DNA of 32,000 nt, taken from a cyanobacterium endosymbiont of Epithemia turgida isolate EtSB Lake Yunoko. Lineage in GTDB: Bacteria > Cyanobacteriota > Cyanobacteriia > Cyanobacteriales > Microcystaceae. The notes beneath the pieces are model-generated. The model was given only the letters and a program-made list of their open reading frames with translations, was not told where the DNA came from and ran no database searches. Made by a program: the position numbers and the translations under genes. Each line of letters opens with the position of its first letter. The stretch's first letter is position 1. This document shows positions 9,932 through 19,594 of this stretch, one piece after another. The stretch spans positions 2,400,001 through 2,432,000 of the forward strand of contig NZ_AP012549.1 in NCBI RefSeq assembly GCF_000829235.1. The letters run 5' to 3'.

Positions 9932-10705
9932 GTGACACAGGTTTCATTTTGGTCTAGACAACGCCAGTATCTTCTCTCACCTTCATTGTTGAAATATTTC
10001 AAGAGTTCAATGACGACTATCCTGACTCAAAGAAGATGGCGTAAAAGGGGATTATGGTTAATGGGGTCAACCGGTCTAACCTTTATGGTTGCTTGGAATG
10101 GGAAACTAGTACTAGCCACCACCACAGGCGTTTTCTTAATGAGACTAGTGTATCAAATTCAAGGGGGAAACTGGCAACGTCGATGGTCGTACTACCGTGA
10201 ATTTCTCAGAGGATCTTCAGGTAAATTAATCCTATCAGTGAGTAGTGGAGGTTTAGGGGCTATAGTAGCCTATATTGCTGCATCTGTCTGGGCTAATTCT
10301 GGAAACCGTTGGTTAGCTATAGGATGTATTGCACAAGGGATAGGAACTCTACTTAGCTTTGGATTGTTGCTCTGGCAAATTGTTCAAGTTAGAGAGAAGA
10401 GCTATGAAAATCAATTTAATCAATGGATATTAGATTTAACTAGTGCTGATCCTCTTAAACGATTAATTGCTGTTAAAAGTCTGGGAAATCTTTTGAATAA
10501 ACAGTGGTTTAACCATCATTACCACCAGCAGCTTAGAGATTATTTTAAATTAATGTTAACCAAAGAAACAGAATCATTAGTCCGTCGAGGAATTTTAGAA
10601 GGATTAGCAACGTGTAACGAGCAACAAGTACCTAATTTAAAGAAAGATACAACAATTAGTCTAAAGAAAAAAAAATTTATAATCCATAAGGAGCAAATTA
10701 TATAA
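9932..10705 (+). CDS. Hypothetical membrane protein with C-terminal HEAT-like repeat
   Basis: 257-aa ORF from a GTG; an alternative ATG at 10010 gives MTTILTQRRWRKRG.... It has three to four hydrophobic segments (LWLMGSTGLTFMVAW, LVLATTTGVFLM, LGAIVAYIAASVWA, IGTLLSFGLLLWQIV) followed by DPLKRLIAVKSLGNLL. Codon composition is gene-like. Confidence 0.65.
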   Translation: MTQVSFWSRQRQYLLSPSLLKYFKSSMTTILTQRRWRKRGLWLMGSTGLTFMVAWNGKLVLATTTGVFLMRLVYQIQGGNWQRRWSYYREFLRGSSGKLILSVSSGGLGAIVAYIAASVWANSGNRWLAIGCIAQGIGTLLSFGLLLWQIVQVREKSYENQFNQWILDLTSADPLKRLIAVKSLGNLLNKQWFNHHYHQQLRDYFKLMLTKETESLVRRGILEGLATCNEQQVPNLKKDTTISLKKKKFIIHKEQII

Positions 10706-10740
10706 TATATCAAAGAATTAATATTATATATTAAGATTGA

Positions 10741-11421
10741 ATGATAGAAATTAGTATTATTATTCCGGTGTTAAATGAAGAAACTTTCATTTTAAAAACT
10801 TTAAATAATCTACGTACAAATGAAGCTATCGAGGTGATTGTTGTTGATGGTGGAAGTCAAGATAATACCGTTCAATTATTGCAAAATATGGGAGTAAAAA
10901 TAATAAAGCTTACTCAAGCTAGTCGATCATTACAAATGAATCAAGGGGCATTATTGGCAACTGGAAATATTCTTTTATTTCTTCATGCAGATACTATATT
11001 GCCAGAAGGATATGATGAGCTAATACTTAATAGTTTTTCAAACTCAAAAATAGTTGGGGGAGCTTTTAAATTAAAGATCGATCTTTCTCTATTTTCACTC
11101 CGTTTAATTGAAATTTTAGTTAACTGGAGATCACAAATTTTTTCTATTCCTTATGGTGATCAAGGAATTTTCGTTAAGACCTCAGTATTTCGAGAAATAG
11201 GAGGGTTTACAAATTTTCCCATCATGGAAGATTTCGAGTTTATGCAAAAACTCAACAAACGAGGTAAAATCGTCATCGTATCAGCTAAAGTGGTGACCTC
11301 TGGCCGTCGTTGGCAAAAATTAGGAGTAGTTAAAACAACGCTCATTAATCAACTGATTATTCTAGGATACTATCTAGGAGTTTCTCCCAAAAAATTAGTA
11401 CAATGGTATCGAGAAAAATAA
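10741..11421 (+). CDS. Family-2 glycosyltransferase (small cyanobacterial GT-A type)
   Basis: 226-aa ORF. ISIIIPVLNEE...VIVVDGGSQDNT...LLFLHADTILP...GDQGIFV..FREIGGF...MEDFEF is a GT-A fold with DxD-like motifs. Confidence 0.85.
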   Translation: MIEISIIIPVLNEETFILKTLNNLRTNEAIEVIVVDGGSQDNTVQLLQNMGVKIIKLTQASRSLQMNQGALLATGNILLFLHADTILPEGYDELILNSFSNSKIVGGAFKLKIDLSLFSLRLIEILVNWRSQIFSIPYGDQGIFVKTSVFREIGGFTNFPIMEDFEFMQKLNKRGKIVIVSAKVVTSGRRWQKLGVVKTTLINQLIILGYYLGVSPKKLVQWYREK

Positions 11422-12604
11422 CAAATATATTATATATAAATAATATCTATAATAAAAAATTAATATTTTTTGAAATTAGTAGAAAATAGAAATTATTAAA
11501 GTACATAATGTTGCTATTGTTTGTTATGACTAAGACAGAGATCAAAGATTTTGCTATTAAAATCCTTAAATTTTTAAAAATTAATAAAACTAGCTTAGAA
11601 TACAAGAATATTACAAGCTAGTTTTAAGAGTAATAGATTCAATATATGAGTAAACTTTTTTTGTCCTACTTATGAGATTTAGTCAACAAGAATATTTGGG
11701 ACTAAAATAGATTGCCTTTAATGTGTAAAGTATATAAAAAATTATTGCTATTGCTAATTTAGACTTAAAAGTAGCTCAGATTATAACTCTTTATAATCTC
11801 TGAATTAACAAATTAAAAACGCAGTTTTTAATAAAATAGACCAGTTGTATTTTAAATTTGATAAAGAAGTTGACATTTGATTACATACTTTAAATATTAC
11901 AGTAATTAATAATTAAGGAAGAAACAATAAAACTTTTAATTAATGGGTTTTAGTATAATCAATGGTATATAGTATGACGCCAAAAGTAAAGGAGGACATT
12001 TTATTAAAAAATCTTCTTAGTTTTATAATTGGATGACATTAGATAAAAATGCAGAAATATATAGAAAAGATAGTTTAAAAGTAGGACCGTGATATTTCTT
12101 TTATATGTTTATATACTTGTCTATGAGCCCATCCTATCTTTATTTTTCAGACTATTAAAGGACTAAGAGATGTGATTTTTATCTCTTTTGTTTATTAGTT
12201 TATAGAAAAAGTTGACTATATATTTTGAGAATCATAAGGAAAAAATCTTGATTCTATTAGATTAATGGTGTTTTTTATTCATATAAAGTATACACCCAGG
12301 CTAATTATAGCTATACATAAAGGGTGATAGTTACTGTTCTTTAAGAACAGATAAATAACAAAATTATTAGTAATAAATTCTCAATAATAATTTTAGATAT
12401 TGAATAGTGTATTTCATAAACTTGAAGTAAAATATATAAATTTTTATCTAGTAAAATTAAGAGAACAACTCGACATTATTAATTAATGACAGAATTTATA
12501 ATCATATTAATAATAGACTTTATAAAATGAGATTGGCAAAAACTCAATAAGCTCAAGAATAAAATATTATTCCCCTATTTCAAGCCTTAGATTGGTTAGA
12601 AGAA

Positions 12605-12636
12605 AAGTAATCTAACTCCTAAGTAATCTAACTCCT
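12605..12636. repeat. Perfect 16-bp tandem duplication
   Basis: AAGTAATCTAACTCCT occurs twice head-to-tail (12605-12620 and 12621-12636) inside a spacer. Confidence 0.9.
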
Positions 12637-13019
12637 GCAACATAATTATACTATCAATTAAATGAAGTAGGCCAGCAATTATTCATTGGCGCTTTTATTT
12701 ATTTTGAATCTGATATGTGTCATTTATTTTGACTATAAAAATACCGTATATTTAAGGATTATAGTTGATGAAGATATGTACGATAGCTACATCAATTTTC
12801 TTTTCTTATATCACTAAAACTCTTGATTTTAAGCACATTAAAAGGTTTTTCATAAAAGTTATAAACCAATCAATATTAAGGAAATTGTACCCATGGTATC
12901 TAAGATTGATTTGACTCAATTCCATAGAAGAAATTATAGACTTATTTTTCTAAAAATATCAATATTATAAACAATTTATCAAATAATCAAGTGAGGAAAA
13001 CTAAAAACAACTGCCTCTA

Positions 13020-13340
13020 TCACCCAATACAATAACAATCCTTAACTTCGTTAGTGTCTACAACCCGTTGAGAATAACTCCACTGTCATACCAAGCAACG
13101 ACTTTAACCATGTCGTTCTCCATTACCATGGTTAAGCTAGAATCAACCATAGAAGAATGATCAGTTACATGATAGTCACAGAAAACTACAAGGGTAAGTC
13201 ATTCTATAAAATAATGCCCTTCATAGAACCCTGAGAAGCTTCTCGCAATACATCATTCACTCCTTCGACAAGGGTACTTTTTTTCTGTATGACTAAGTCC
13301 ACCAATTTATTTTTTTTTTACCGGACAAATTTAGTCATGA
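13020..13340 (-). pseudogene. gap2: Glyceraldehyde-3-phosphate dehydrogenase relic (C-terminal third; weaker traces up to ~13520)
   Basis: Minus-strand fragments: [72 protein letters not shown], then after a frameshift [19 protein letters not shown]. Compare GAPDH VDLVVQVEK.TFAEEVN.VLR.AAEG.LKGILGYT.LPLVS.D..G...SSIVDASLTMVMGGDMVKV.AWYDNEWGYSQRVVDLAE. There is an in-frame TAG and at least one frameshift. The N-terminal half has no room before murC. Confidence 0.85.
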
Positions 13341-13551
13341 ATAGGAAACTTCCAAGATAATAATGACAAAATGTAGAATAAATCTAACTTTAACTCCTTT
13401 TTAGCTATCCTGATTCAGGTAAAAAACAGTACCAAACATCATAATTAATAAAAACACAATTGATGACCAAGTGGTCAGTTTTTGATATCATAGCCCGTAA
13501 TTAATAAGCAACGACGTTTTGTGGTAATCGTGTGGTGTGTTAGGAGATGTA

Positions 13552-15042
13552 ATGGTAAAAACGGTTGATTTTAGTGGACGGCCTTTCCATTTCATCGGAA
13601 TCGGCGGGATAGGGATGTCGGCTTTAGCTTATGTTCTAGCTAAGCGTCAGATTCCCGTATCCGGTTCCGATTTACGATCGAGTCATATTACAAAAAGATT
13701 GCAAGAAGTTGGAGCGTATATTTTTAGTCGTCAAGAGGCGACTAACCTAGAACTCTTTCATTCTAGCAACGGACAAATCACTGAATCTGTCCTACCTTTG
13801 GTCAATAATTTGACAACATCTTTGGTTGATAAAAATGGACATGATCATGAATTGAGTCCGAAAAGGATTTTAACTGAACAGTTACCTCAAGTTATATTTT
13901 CAACAGCGATTGCTCAAGGTAATTCAGAATATCGGGCCGCCCAGGAAAAGGGATGTCCGATTTTCCACCGTTCTGATGTTTTAGCCGCTTTAATTACAGA
14001 TTATCAAAGTATTGCGGTAGCTGGAACTCATGGGAAAACCACTACTAGCAGTCTTTTAGGTTACGTACTGCTCAAGGCAGGACTCGATCCAACTATTATC
14101 GTCGGAGGAGAAGTAGATGCTTGGAAGGGTAACGCTTACTTTGGTTCTAGCAAATACTTAGTAGCTGAAGCAGATGAGTCTGATGGCTCTCTAGTGAAAT
14201 ATTTTCCCAGTATCGGAATTGTCACTAATATTGAACTTGATCACCCGGATCACTATAAAAGTCTAGAAGATGTAGTAAAAACCTTTCAGATTTTTGAAAC
14301 TCAATGTGAAATATTAGTAGGGTGTGTTGACTGTGAGACAGTGAGAACTCAGCTAAACCCGACTATTACCTATAGCCTTGATCTTAATCAAAACGCAGAT
14401 TACATTGTCAAGGAAATTACTTATAGTCTTGAGAACACAACGTTTGAAGTTTGGGAAAGAGGGCAGTTTTTGGGGCAAATGTGCCTAACCATTCCAGGAA
14501 AACATAATGTTAGTAATGCTATGGCTACTATAGCTGTAGGGCTGCAATTGGGATTGGAGTTTAAGATAATTGCTGAGGCATTAGCTACCTTTGGCGGAAC
14601 AAAACGGCGTTTTGAATACCGGGGTCAAACCCATGGTATTACGTTTATTGATGATTACGCTCATCATCCTAGCGAAATCAGAGCTACCCTCTCGGCAGCT
14701 CGTTCTAAGGTTGAGCAAAACTCTCGTGTAGTTGCTGTTTTTCAACCTCATCGTTATAGTCGTACCGCTGCATTTTTAGAAGAATTTACTACTTCTTTTC
14801 AAGATGCGGATTTCATTGTTCTAACCGATATTTACAGTGCAGGGGAAGCTAATGTTGCTAACATCACAAGTCAAGACTTAGCTAATGAGATTAAACGTCA
14901 TCATGGTGATGTGATTTATCAACCCTCTTTAGAAGCTTTAATTGAATCTCTTCCTAAACTTTTGCGACCTGGAGACTTAGTTCTGTTTTTAGGGGCGGGG
15001 AATCTTAATCAAATTATTCCCCAGGTAATTGCTGGGTTTTGA
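13552..15042 (+). CDS. murC: UDP-N-acetylmuramate--L-alanine ligase
   Basis: HFIGIGGIGMSALA Rossmann N-terminus, GTHGKTTTSS P-loop, and Mur ligase middle and C-terminal domains (DDYAHHPSE, FQPHRYSR). I place the start at ATG 13552, which has an AGGAG 5 nt upstream, rather than at the GTG at 13537. Confidence 0.95.
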   Translation: MVKTVDFSGRPFHFIGIGGIGMSALAYVLAKRQIPVSGSDLRSSHITKRLQEVGAYIFSRQEATNLELFHSSNGQITESVLPLVNNLTTSLVDKNGHDHELSPKRILTEQLPQVIFSTAIAQGNSEYRAAQEKGCPIFHRSDVLAALITDYQSIAVAGTHGKTTTSSLLGYVLLKAGLDPTIIVGGEVDAWKGNAYFGSSKYLVAEADESDGSLVKYFPSIGIVTNIELDHPDHYKSLEDVVKTFQIFETQCEILVGCVDCETVRTQLNPTITYSLDLNQNADYIVKEITYSLENTTFEVWERGQFLGQMCLTIPGKHNVSNAMATIAVGLQLGLEFKIIAEALATFGGTKRRFEYRGQTHGITFIDDYAHHPSEIRATLSAARSKVEQNSRVVAVFQPHRYSRTAAFLEEFTTSFQDADFIVLTDIYSAGEANVANITSQDLANEIKRHHGDVIYQPSLEALIESLPKLLRPGDLVLFLGAGNLNQIIPQVIAGF

Positions 15043-15183
15043 AGCATCTTATCACTCTTAGGGGTTCAAGTTTTTTTTGATATTTAGTCTTAACTCTATT
15101 TCTCAGACCCTTGTGTCTGGAAACAATTTGAATAATTTTTAGTTCACCGTCTTCAATTGACTTCCCATTAAACTAATAAACTA

Positions 15184-16110
15184 ATGATTAAAGCGTTGTC
15201 TTCTCCAATACGATTGCCCGTGGCCAATTGTCATATTTTCCCTAATTTTTCTCTAGCTAATCAAACTTCCTATCGCGTAGGAGGTGAAGCTCGATGGTAT
15301 GTTGCTCCCCGTACTTGGGAGGCTCTACAAGCCACCTTTGAATGGTTTCAAAAGCAAGATATTCCTCTGATACTGTTGGGGGCAGGTTCTAATCTTTTGA
15401 TTAGCGATCGCGGAATCGATGGCTTAGTGCTAAGCACCCGCTATCTACGTTATCGTAAATTTGACCCTGAAACAGGGTGTGTTACTGTAGCGGCTGGTGA
15501 CCCTGTAGCTAAAATTGCTTGGCAAGCTGCTAAACATGGTTGGCGCGGCTTGGAATGGGCTGTAGGCATCCCAGGGACTGTGGGAGGAGCAGTGGTAATG
15601 AATGCGGGAGCTCATCGTCAATGTGCTGCTGATTGTTTGATCAGTGCAGTGGTGGTGTCTCCTGATGGCACAGTAGAAACTCTTACATCTAAAGACCTTG
15701 ATTATAGTTACCGCACCTCTTCGTTACAAGGAGCTGAGAAACTTGTTTTAGAAGCCACTTTTCAATTAAAGATGGGGTTCAGTCGTCAAGAAGTCATGAC
15801 AACTACTCAACACAATCTTCAACAACGTAAAAATTCCCAACCTTATGATAAACCCAGTTGTGGGAGTGTGTTTCGTAATCCTACTTCTCATGCTGCGGGA
15901 TGGTTAATTGAACAATTAGGCTTAAAAGGATATCGTATTGGTAACGCAGAAATTTCCCATCGTCATGCTAATTTTATCCTTAACTGTGGTCAAGCTAAAG
16001 CGCAAGATATTTTTCGCCTGATTTATCATGCTCAAGAACAAGTAGAAGCTCGTTGGTCTTTATTACTGGAACCAGAAGTCAAAATATTAGGTGAATTTTC
16101 TGCCTCCTAA
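15184..16110 (+). CDS. murB: UDP-N-acetylenolpyruvoylglucosamine reductase
   Basis: 308-aa ORF with the FAD-binding domain (YRVGGEARWYV, LLGAGSNLLISD, GIPGTVGGAVVMNAGA) and the MurB C-terminal domain (CGSVFRNP, HANFILN). Confidence 0.95.
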   Translation: MIKALSSPIRLPVANCHIFPNFSLANQTSYRVGGEARWYVAPRTWEALQATFEWFQKQDIPLILLGAGSNLLISDRGIDGLVLSTRYLRYRKFDPETGCVTVAAGDPVAKIAWQAAKHGWRGLEWAVGIPGTVGGAVVMNAGAHRQCAADCLISAVVVSPDGTVETLTSKDLDYSYRTSSLQGAEKLVLEATFQLKMGFSRQEVMTTTQHNLQQRKNSQPYDKPSCGSVFRNPTSHAAGWLIEQLGLKGYRIGNAEISHRHANFILNCGQAKAQDIFRLIYHAQEQVEARWSLLLEPEVKILGEFSAS

Positions 16111-16206
16111 GGCTGTAGGAAACACCACAGGAATACTAAGATTGACTAATGGAGTTCCCTATTAGGCTCTAGCTCATTATCATTAAAATCAATACTCTTA
16201 AAAGAT

Positions 16207-16551
16207 ATGACAAAAGGACAAGGATTTGGATTTGGATTAGGCAAAATTAGAGAATTACAAGAAGCTTTCCAAAAAGCACAACAAGTTCAAGTTGGAGCGC
16301 AGGAACTTCAAAAACAATTGGAGGAAATGGAAATCGAGGGAGCTTGTGGGGGAGAATTGGTTAAAGTTATCATGAGTGGCAACCAAGAGCCTCTTTGCGT
16401 TGAAATTACCCCAGACGCGATGGAAAAAGGAGCCGATAGTCTTTCCCAATTAGTTACTGAGGCAATGAAAGATGCTTATGCTAAGTCTGCCGAAATGATG
16501 CGAACTAAGATGGAAGAACTTACCAGTGGTTTGAATCTTCCAGGAATGTAG
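16207..16551 (+). CDS. ybaB: YbaB/EbfC family nucleoid-associated protein
   Basis: 114-aa [56 protein letters not shown] and the size are characteristic of the YbaB family. Confidence 0.9.
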   Translation: MTKGQGFGFGLGKIRELQEAFQKAQQVQVGAQELQKQLEEMEIEGACGGELVKVIMSGNQEPLCVEITPDAMEKGADSLSQLVTEAMKDAYAKSAEMMRTKMEELTSGLNLPGM

Positions 16552-16565
16552 TTCTTAATGGCTTA

Positions 16566-16620
16566 CAATCGAATAAATCCGTCCGAGTAATTGAAGTGCT
16601 CGGACGGATTTATTCGATTG
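16566..16620. repeat. Perfect 22-bp inverted repeat with 11-nt loop (hairpin; possible ybaB terminator)
   Basis: CAATCGAATAAATCCGTCCGAG [TAATTGAAGTG] CTCGGACGGATTTATTCGATTG, verified base by base. It starts 14 nt after the ybaB stop. No U-tract follows (GTTGGAAG). Confidence 0.9.
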
Positions 16621-17538
16621 GTTGGAAGTCACTGAGAAGCACACAATATACCATCTTGCTTTTCTTTGCAGAGACTGTTCATTTAGTAGTTTGTTCAATT
16701 TTTTTGCTCCAAACTCCTTCACATTAACCAAATCAGAAACTCAGACAGCAAGAAACAGCCTTTTCAGTGTACTTAGTTGCAATTATTAAGCTAATCACTC
16801 GTACTAATGGAGCCTAACAGATGGAAATAAAACGGACTAAATGGGGGTTAACTCTGTTTAAAATAGTTACTCTTCGAGACAATTTTTTCGAGACAATTTT
16901 ATCAATGCTATTGTCAATACCTTTGTCTGAGAGACTTTTTGGCTGTTTGTGTTTAAGGGGAAAGCTTTCTGTACTTATAAAAGTCCATGAAGTATTGCTA
17001 TTGATGGTGTTTTTAACACTAAAAGGTTATTTAAATTTTTGAAAAAATTTTATTATCTTTATTTTTAATATTCTACTATAAATTGTCAATAATTTTGATT
17101 TAGTTCAGGTAGTAAAATATTTTTTGTATTAATAAACAGAAAATAATTAGTTTTAATTAAAGCCTAAAATTTTAAAAAATTATTATTAAAAATAATATTA
17201 TTGATAATATTGTAAACCGATAATTTTATATGAGAATAATTTTTATTATAAATAGAATTAATAGGTTTGTATTGGAAAAATTTACAGATATAACACCGAA
17301 GTTTATGAATTAGTATCCTAATAAAAACAGCCTATTTTAAAAAATTATCATTATAAAGTTGGCGTAGTAGATAAAATGTACCATAATTAAATTATACAAT
17401 TTAATTATGGTACAAAACTATATAGTAGGACAATAAAAGATTATATTATTACTACAAGGCGAGCAATACATCGACCTACAAGGTTTTATAACCCTATCAA
17501 TATTTCAATCATATACATTTTTTCCATTAGATTTTTTT

Positions 17539-17847
17539 TTAAAAAAGATCTAATGGAAAAAATGTTTTTAACATTTTTCTTATCTTCAATAAAAAGATCA
17601 TGTGTTTAAATTGAGAATTAAGTTCGGAAGGGTAAGGACTCTCAGCTAATCTCGCTTTAATTTCGGCATATTCTCCAGATGTTAAAGGTTTTCCATCAAT
17701 AGGTGATCGCCCTTCAGTTACAATTTCTGTCCGCAAAATTTCTTCAGGTATATCTTCAGGAGGAGGCAAGGCTACTCCTGAATTTAACTCTAATACTAAC
17801 CTAACTATATTAATAAAAATTGACCATTTTAATAAACGATGATTCAT
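17539..17847 (-). CDS. Conserved hypothetical small protein (signal-peptide-like N-terminus)
   Basis: 102-aa ORF lying 14 nt downstream of the GST gene on the same strand. The PPPEDIPEEILRTEIVTEGRSPIDGKPLTSGEYAEIKARL core looks like a conserved cyanobacterial family that I cannot name. Confidence 0.6.
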   Translation of the reverse strand: MNHRLLKWSIFINIVRLVLELNSGVALPPPEDIPEEILRTEIVTEGRSPIDGKPLTSGEYAEIKARLAESPYPSELNSQFKHMIFLLKIRKMLKTFFPLDLF

Positions 17848-17861
17848 AGAAACTTTTTTAG

Positions 17862-18530
17862 TTAATTTAACCCTGCTGGTAGCTTTTCTCCACAGATTTG
17901 ATGGATTGCAATTATTTTTTCAAACAACCAAGGATAATCCTGACGATACTCAGGAATTAAGCCTAAAGGGCTCAATAAAGCTGAGGCTGTTAAATCAGCA
18001 ACACTTAAACTTTCACCAACCAAATAGGGCTGATATTGCCAGTAAGATAACACATTCATGGCATTTTTCAACCGTTCTGAGGCTAATTCTACGGTAGCAG
18101 AAGTAATATTATATTGGTGACGGACAATATTAATCACTATTTGACTAAATAATGAAGAATCAATATATTTTCCTTTTTCTGCACGAAAATGATAGTAAAT
18201 AAAACGCGTGGCGGTTCCGATGCTCTCATCTAACCAGTCTTCTAGCAACCAAGCTTGAGTTTGTTTGCTGGCGTCAGGTAACATTAATGGAGGATTATTT
18301 TGATAGGTTTCGAGGTATTGAAAAATTCGAGTTGAGTCAGCAATTACTTGCGGTTCTTCTACTCTTTGAGGTAATAAGACTGGAACTTTTGTCAACCCTG
18401 TAAGAGGTCTTAATTTAAGTAGATGTAAGCCTGGCGTTAGGTTCTCGACTTGATAAGAAATTTTTTTATACCCTAATGCTAATCTAGCTTTACGGCAATA
18501 ATGAGAGGTACTAAATTGTAACAATAACAT
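17862..18530 (-). CDS. Glutathione S-transferase family protein
   Basis: 222-aa ORF. The N-terminal thioredoxin-like GST domain is (LLQFSTSHYCRKARLALGYKKISYQVENL..KVPVLL), followed by a helical C-terminal domain (LVGESLSVADLTASALLSPL). Confidence 0.85.
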   Translation of the reverse strand: MLLLQFSTSHYCRKARLALGYKKISYQVENLTPGLHLLKLRPLTGLTKVPVLLPQRVEEPQVIADSTRIFQYLETYQNNPPLMLPDASKQTQAWLLEDWLDESIGTATRFIYYHFRAEKGKYIDSSLFSQIVINIVRHQYNITSATVELASERLKNAMNVLSYWQYQPYLVGESLSVADLTASALLSPLGLIPEYRQDYPWLFEKIIAIHQICGEKLPAGLN

Positions 18531-19154
18531 AAGTTAATCAGTAATCAATGTTAAACATAATAATCAACTACAGACGAAGACTTAATTAGACTAGGAACAA
18601 TTATCCCAAAAGTAACTAAATATCTTCAAAAAAGCAATCTTTATTTTTTAGCTTAACTTTTTATAGTCAAAAAACACCTTATTTGCAGGACTCTACTATA
18701 ACGCGTTTTTAAAAACTGTTATTTCTAGCACACTTTGCTGATTTTTAAAATATCATTATGACTGGGGAGACACAAAAAAAATGTTCTTTTTTTAAAGAAA
18801 ATTATTTTTATTTAAATATTAAAATTATGGCCATAAGCATAGGATTTATATCCTAAAAATTTTTGAAAAGAAATAGTTATTTTTATAGTTTTAATTGATA
18901 CTAATAAAATTATTGGTAATGTATCAATTCTTTTCTTTATCGATGTGAGTATTCCAATTTTTATTATCCTTGTTTGGAGGGATAAAGAAAAGAAGCAGAT
19001 AAAACCTATAATTTACTGTTGAGCTAATTTTATCTTAATTAAGATCTTAATATACCATTAAAATATATTTTTTTAGGGAGAAAAGTCTGGTGTTCTAGTG
19101 TAGAAAAATACGATTGATTATGCTAGGATAAGTCCTAGTTTTAGGAAAGTACCA

Positions 19155-19337
19155 ATGAACCAAGATACTATTCGGGAAAAAGTGAAAGCCATCGAAGGTG
19201 AGAGAGAATTTTTAGTCCAACTTCTCAATAAACCAGATTTAGGAATTTTGAGTATCGATGTCAAGCAGGCTATTGAAGAACTTGATGAGTTAATTGATGA
19301 ATTTGAATTTACTTTTCCGGAAAAAAATATGAATTAA
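19155..19337 (+). CDS. Small acidic hypothetical protein (60 aa)
   Basis: The ORF has gene-like rather than spacer-like composition, a coiled-coil-like sequence (IREKVKAIEGEREFLVQLL...AIEELDELIDEF) and AGGAAAG upstream of the ATG. A palindromic terminator-like element follows it. Confidence 0.5.
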   Translation: MNQDTIREKVKAIEGEREFLVQLLNKPDLGILSIDVKQAIEELDELIDEFEFTFPEKNMN

Positions 19338-19390
19338 ATCACTGGTATGGTAAACGAAAGTCAGAAAGGGCTTAAGTCCATGATATTTCA

Positions 19391-19417
19391 GAAAAGCTAT
19401 TTTAAAAATAGCTTTTC
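19391..19417. terminator. Perfect 27-bp palindrome, terminator-like, downstream of the 60-aa ORF
   Basis: GAAAAGCTATTTT A AAAATAGCTTTTC (13-bp arms), 54 nt after the stop at 19337. The U-run is embedded in the descending arm. Confidence 0.45.
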
Positions 19418-19539
19418 CTACTTACCTATGTAAATTTTAAATAAGGTTTTTTAAAAAAGCTCTCACAATTAATCAAAAGTCAATAAGTTATTTGTTTTAA
19501 CTTTTCTGAACTGAATGTGATTAGCTAGAAAATTAATAA

Positions 19540-19594
19540 TTTATAATTGAGTTATCTGAGCTATACTTCATGGCTCAGATAACTCAATTATAAA
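19540..19594. repeat. Perfect 22-bp inverted repeat with 11-nt loop (hairpin)
   Basis: TTTATAATTGAGTTATCTGAGC [TATACTTCATG] GCTCAGATAACTCAATTATAAA, verified base by base. The geometry (22/11/22, 55 nt) is the same as the hairpin at 16566-16620, but the sequence is unrelated. Confidence 0.9.

Noticed and set aside
11160-11345. 61-aa minus-strand ORF inside the glycosyltransferase gene
   Set aside because: Antisense shadow ORF.
16255-16449. 64-aa minus-strand ORF inside ybaB
   Set aside because: Antisense shadow ORF.
16821-17042. 73-aa plus-strand ORF in the ybaB-downstream spacer
   Set aside because: It has no RBS and a low-complexity hydrophobic sequence. The opposite strand is also stop-free over the same interval, so openness is not evidence here. 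It may overlap an unidentified relic, but I cannot support a gene call.
17906-18097. 63-aa plus-strand ORF inside the GST gene
   Set aside because: Antisense shadow ORF.
18711-18730. Shared motif AAAAAC(T/C)GTTATTTCTAGCA at 18711-18730 and 22116-22135 as a dispersed repeat family
   Set aside because: The exact shared core is only 13 nt. In 32 kb of AT-biased sequence on both strands, several such matches are expected by chance, and the flanks do not align.
18921-19020. Small hydrophobic frame VSILFFIDVSIPIFIILVWRDKEKKQIK resembling PsbT (..LVSTLGIIFFAIFFREPP..)
   Set aside because: The similarity is limited to VS...hydrophobic...(W/F)R(D/E) and needs a gap. There is no psbB relic next to it and no start codon or RBS. 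This is too weak to report as a relic.
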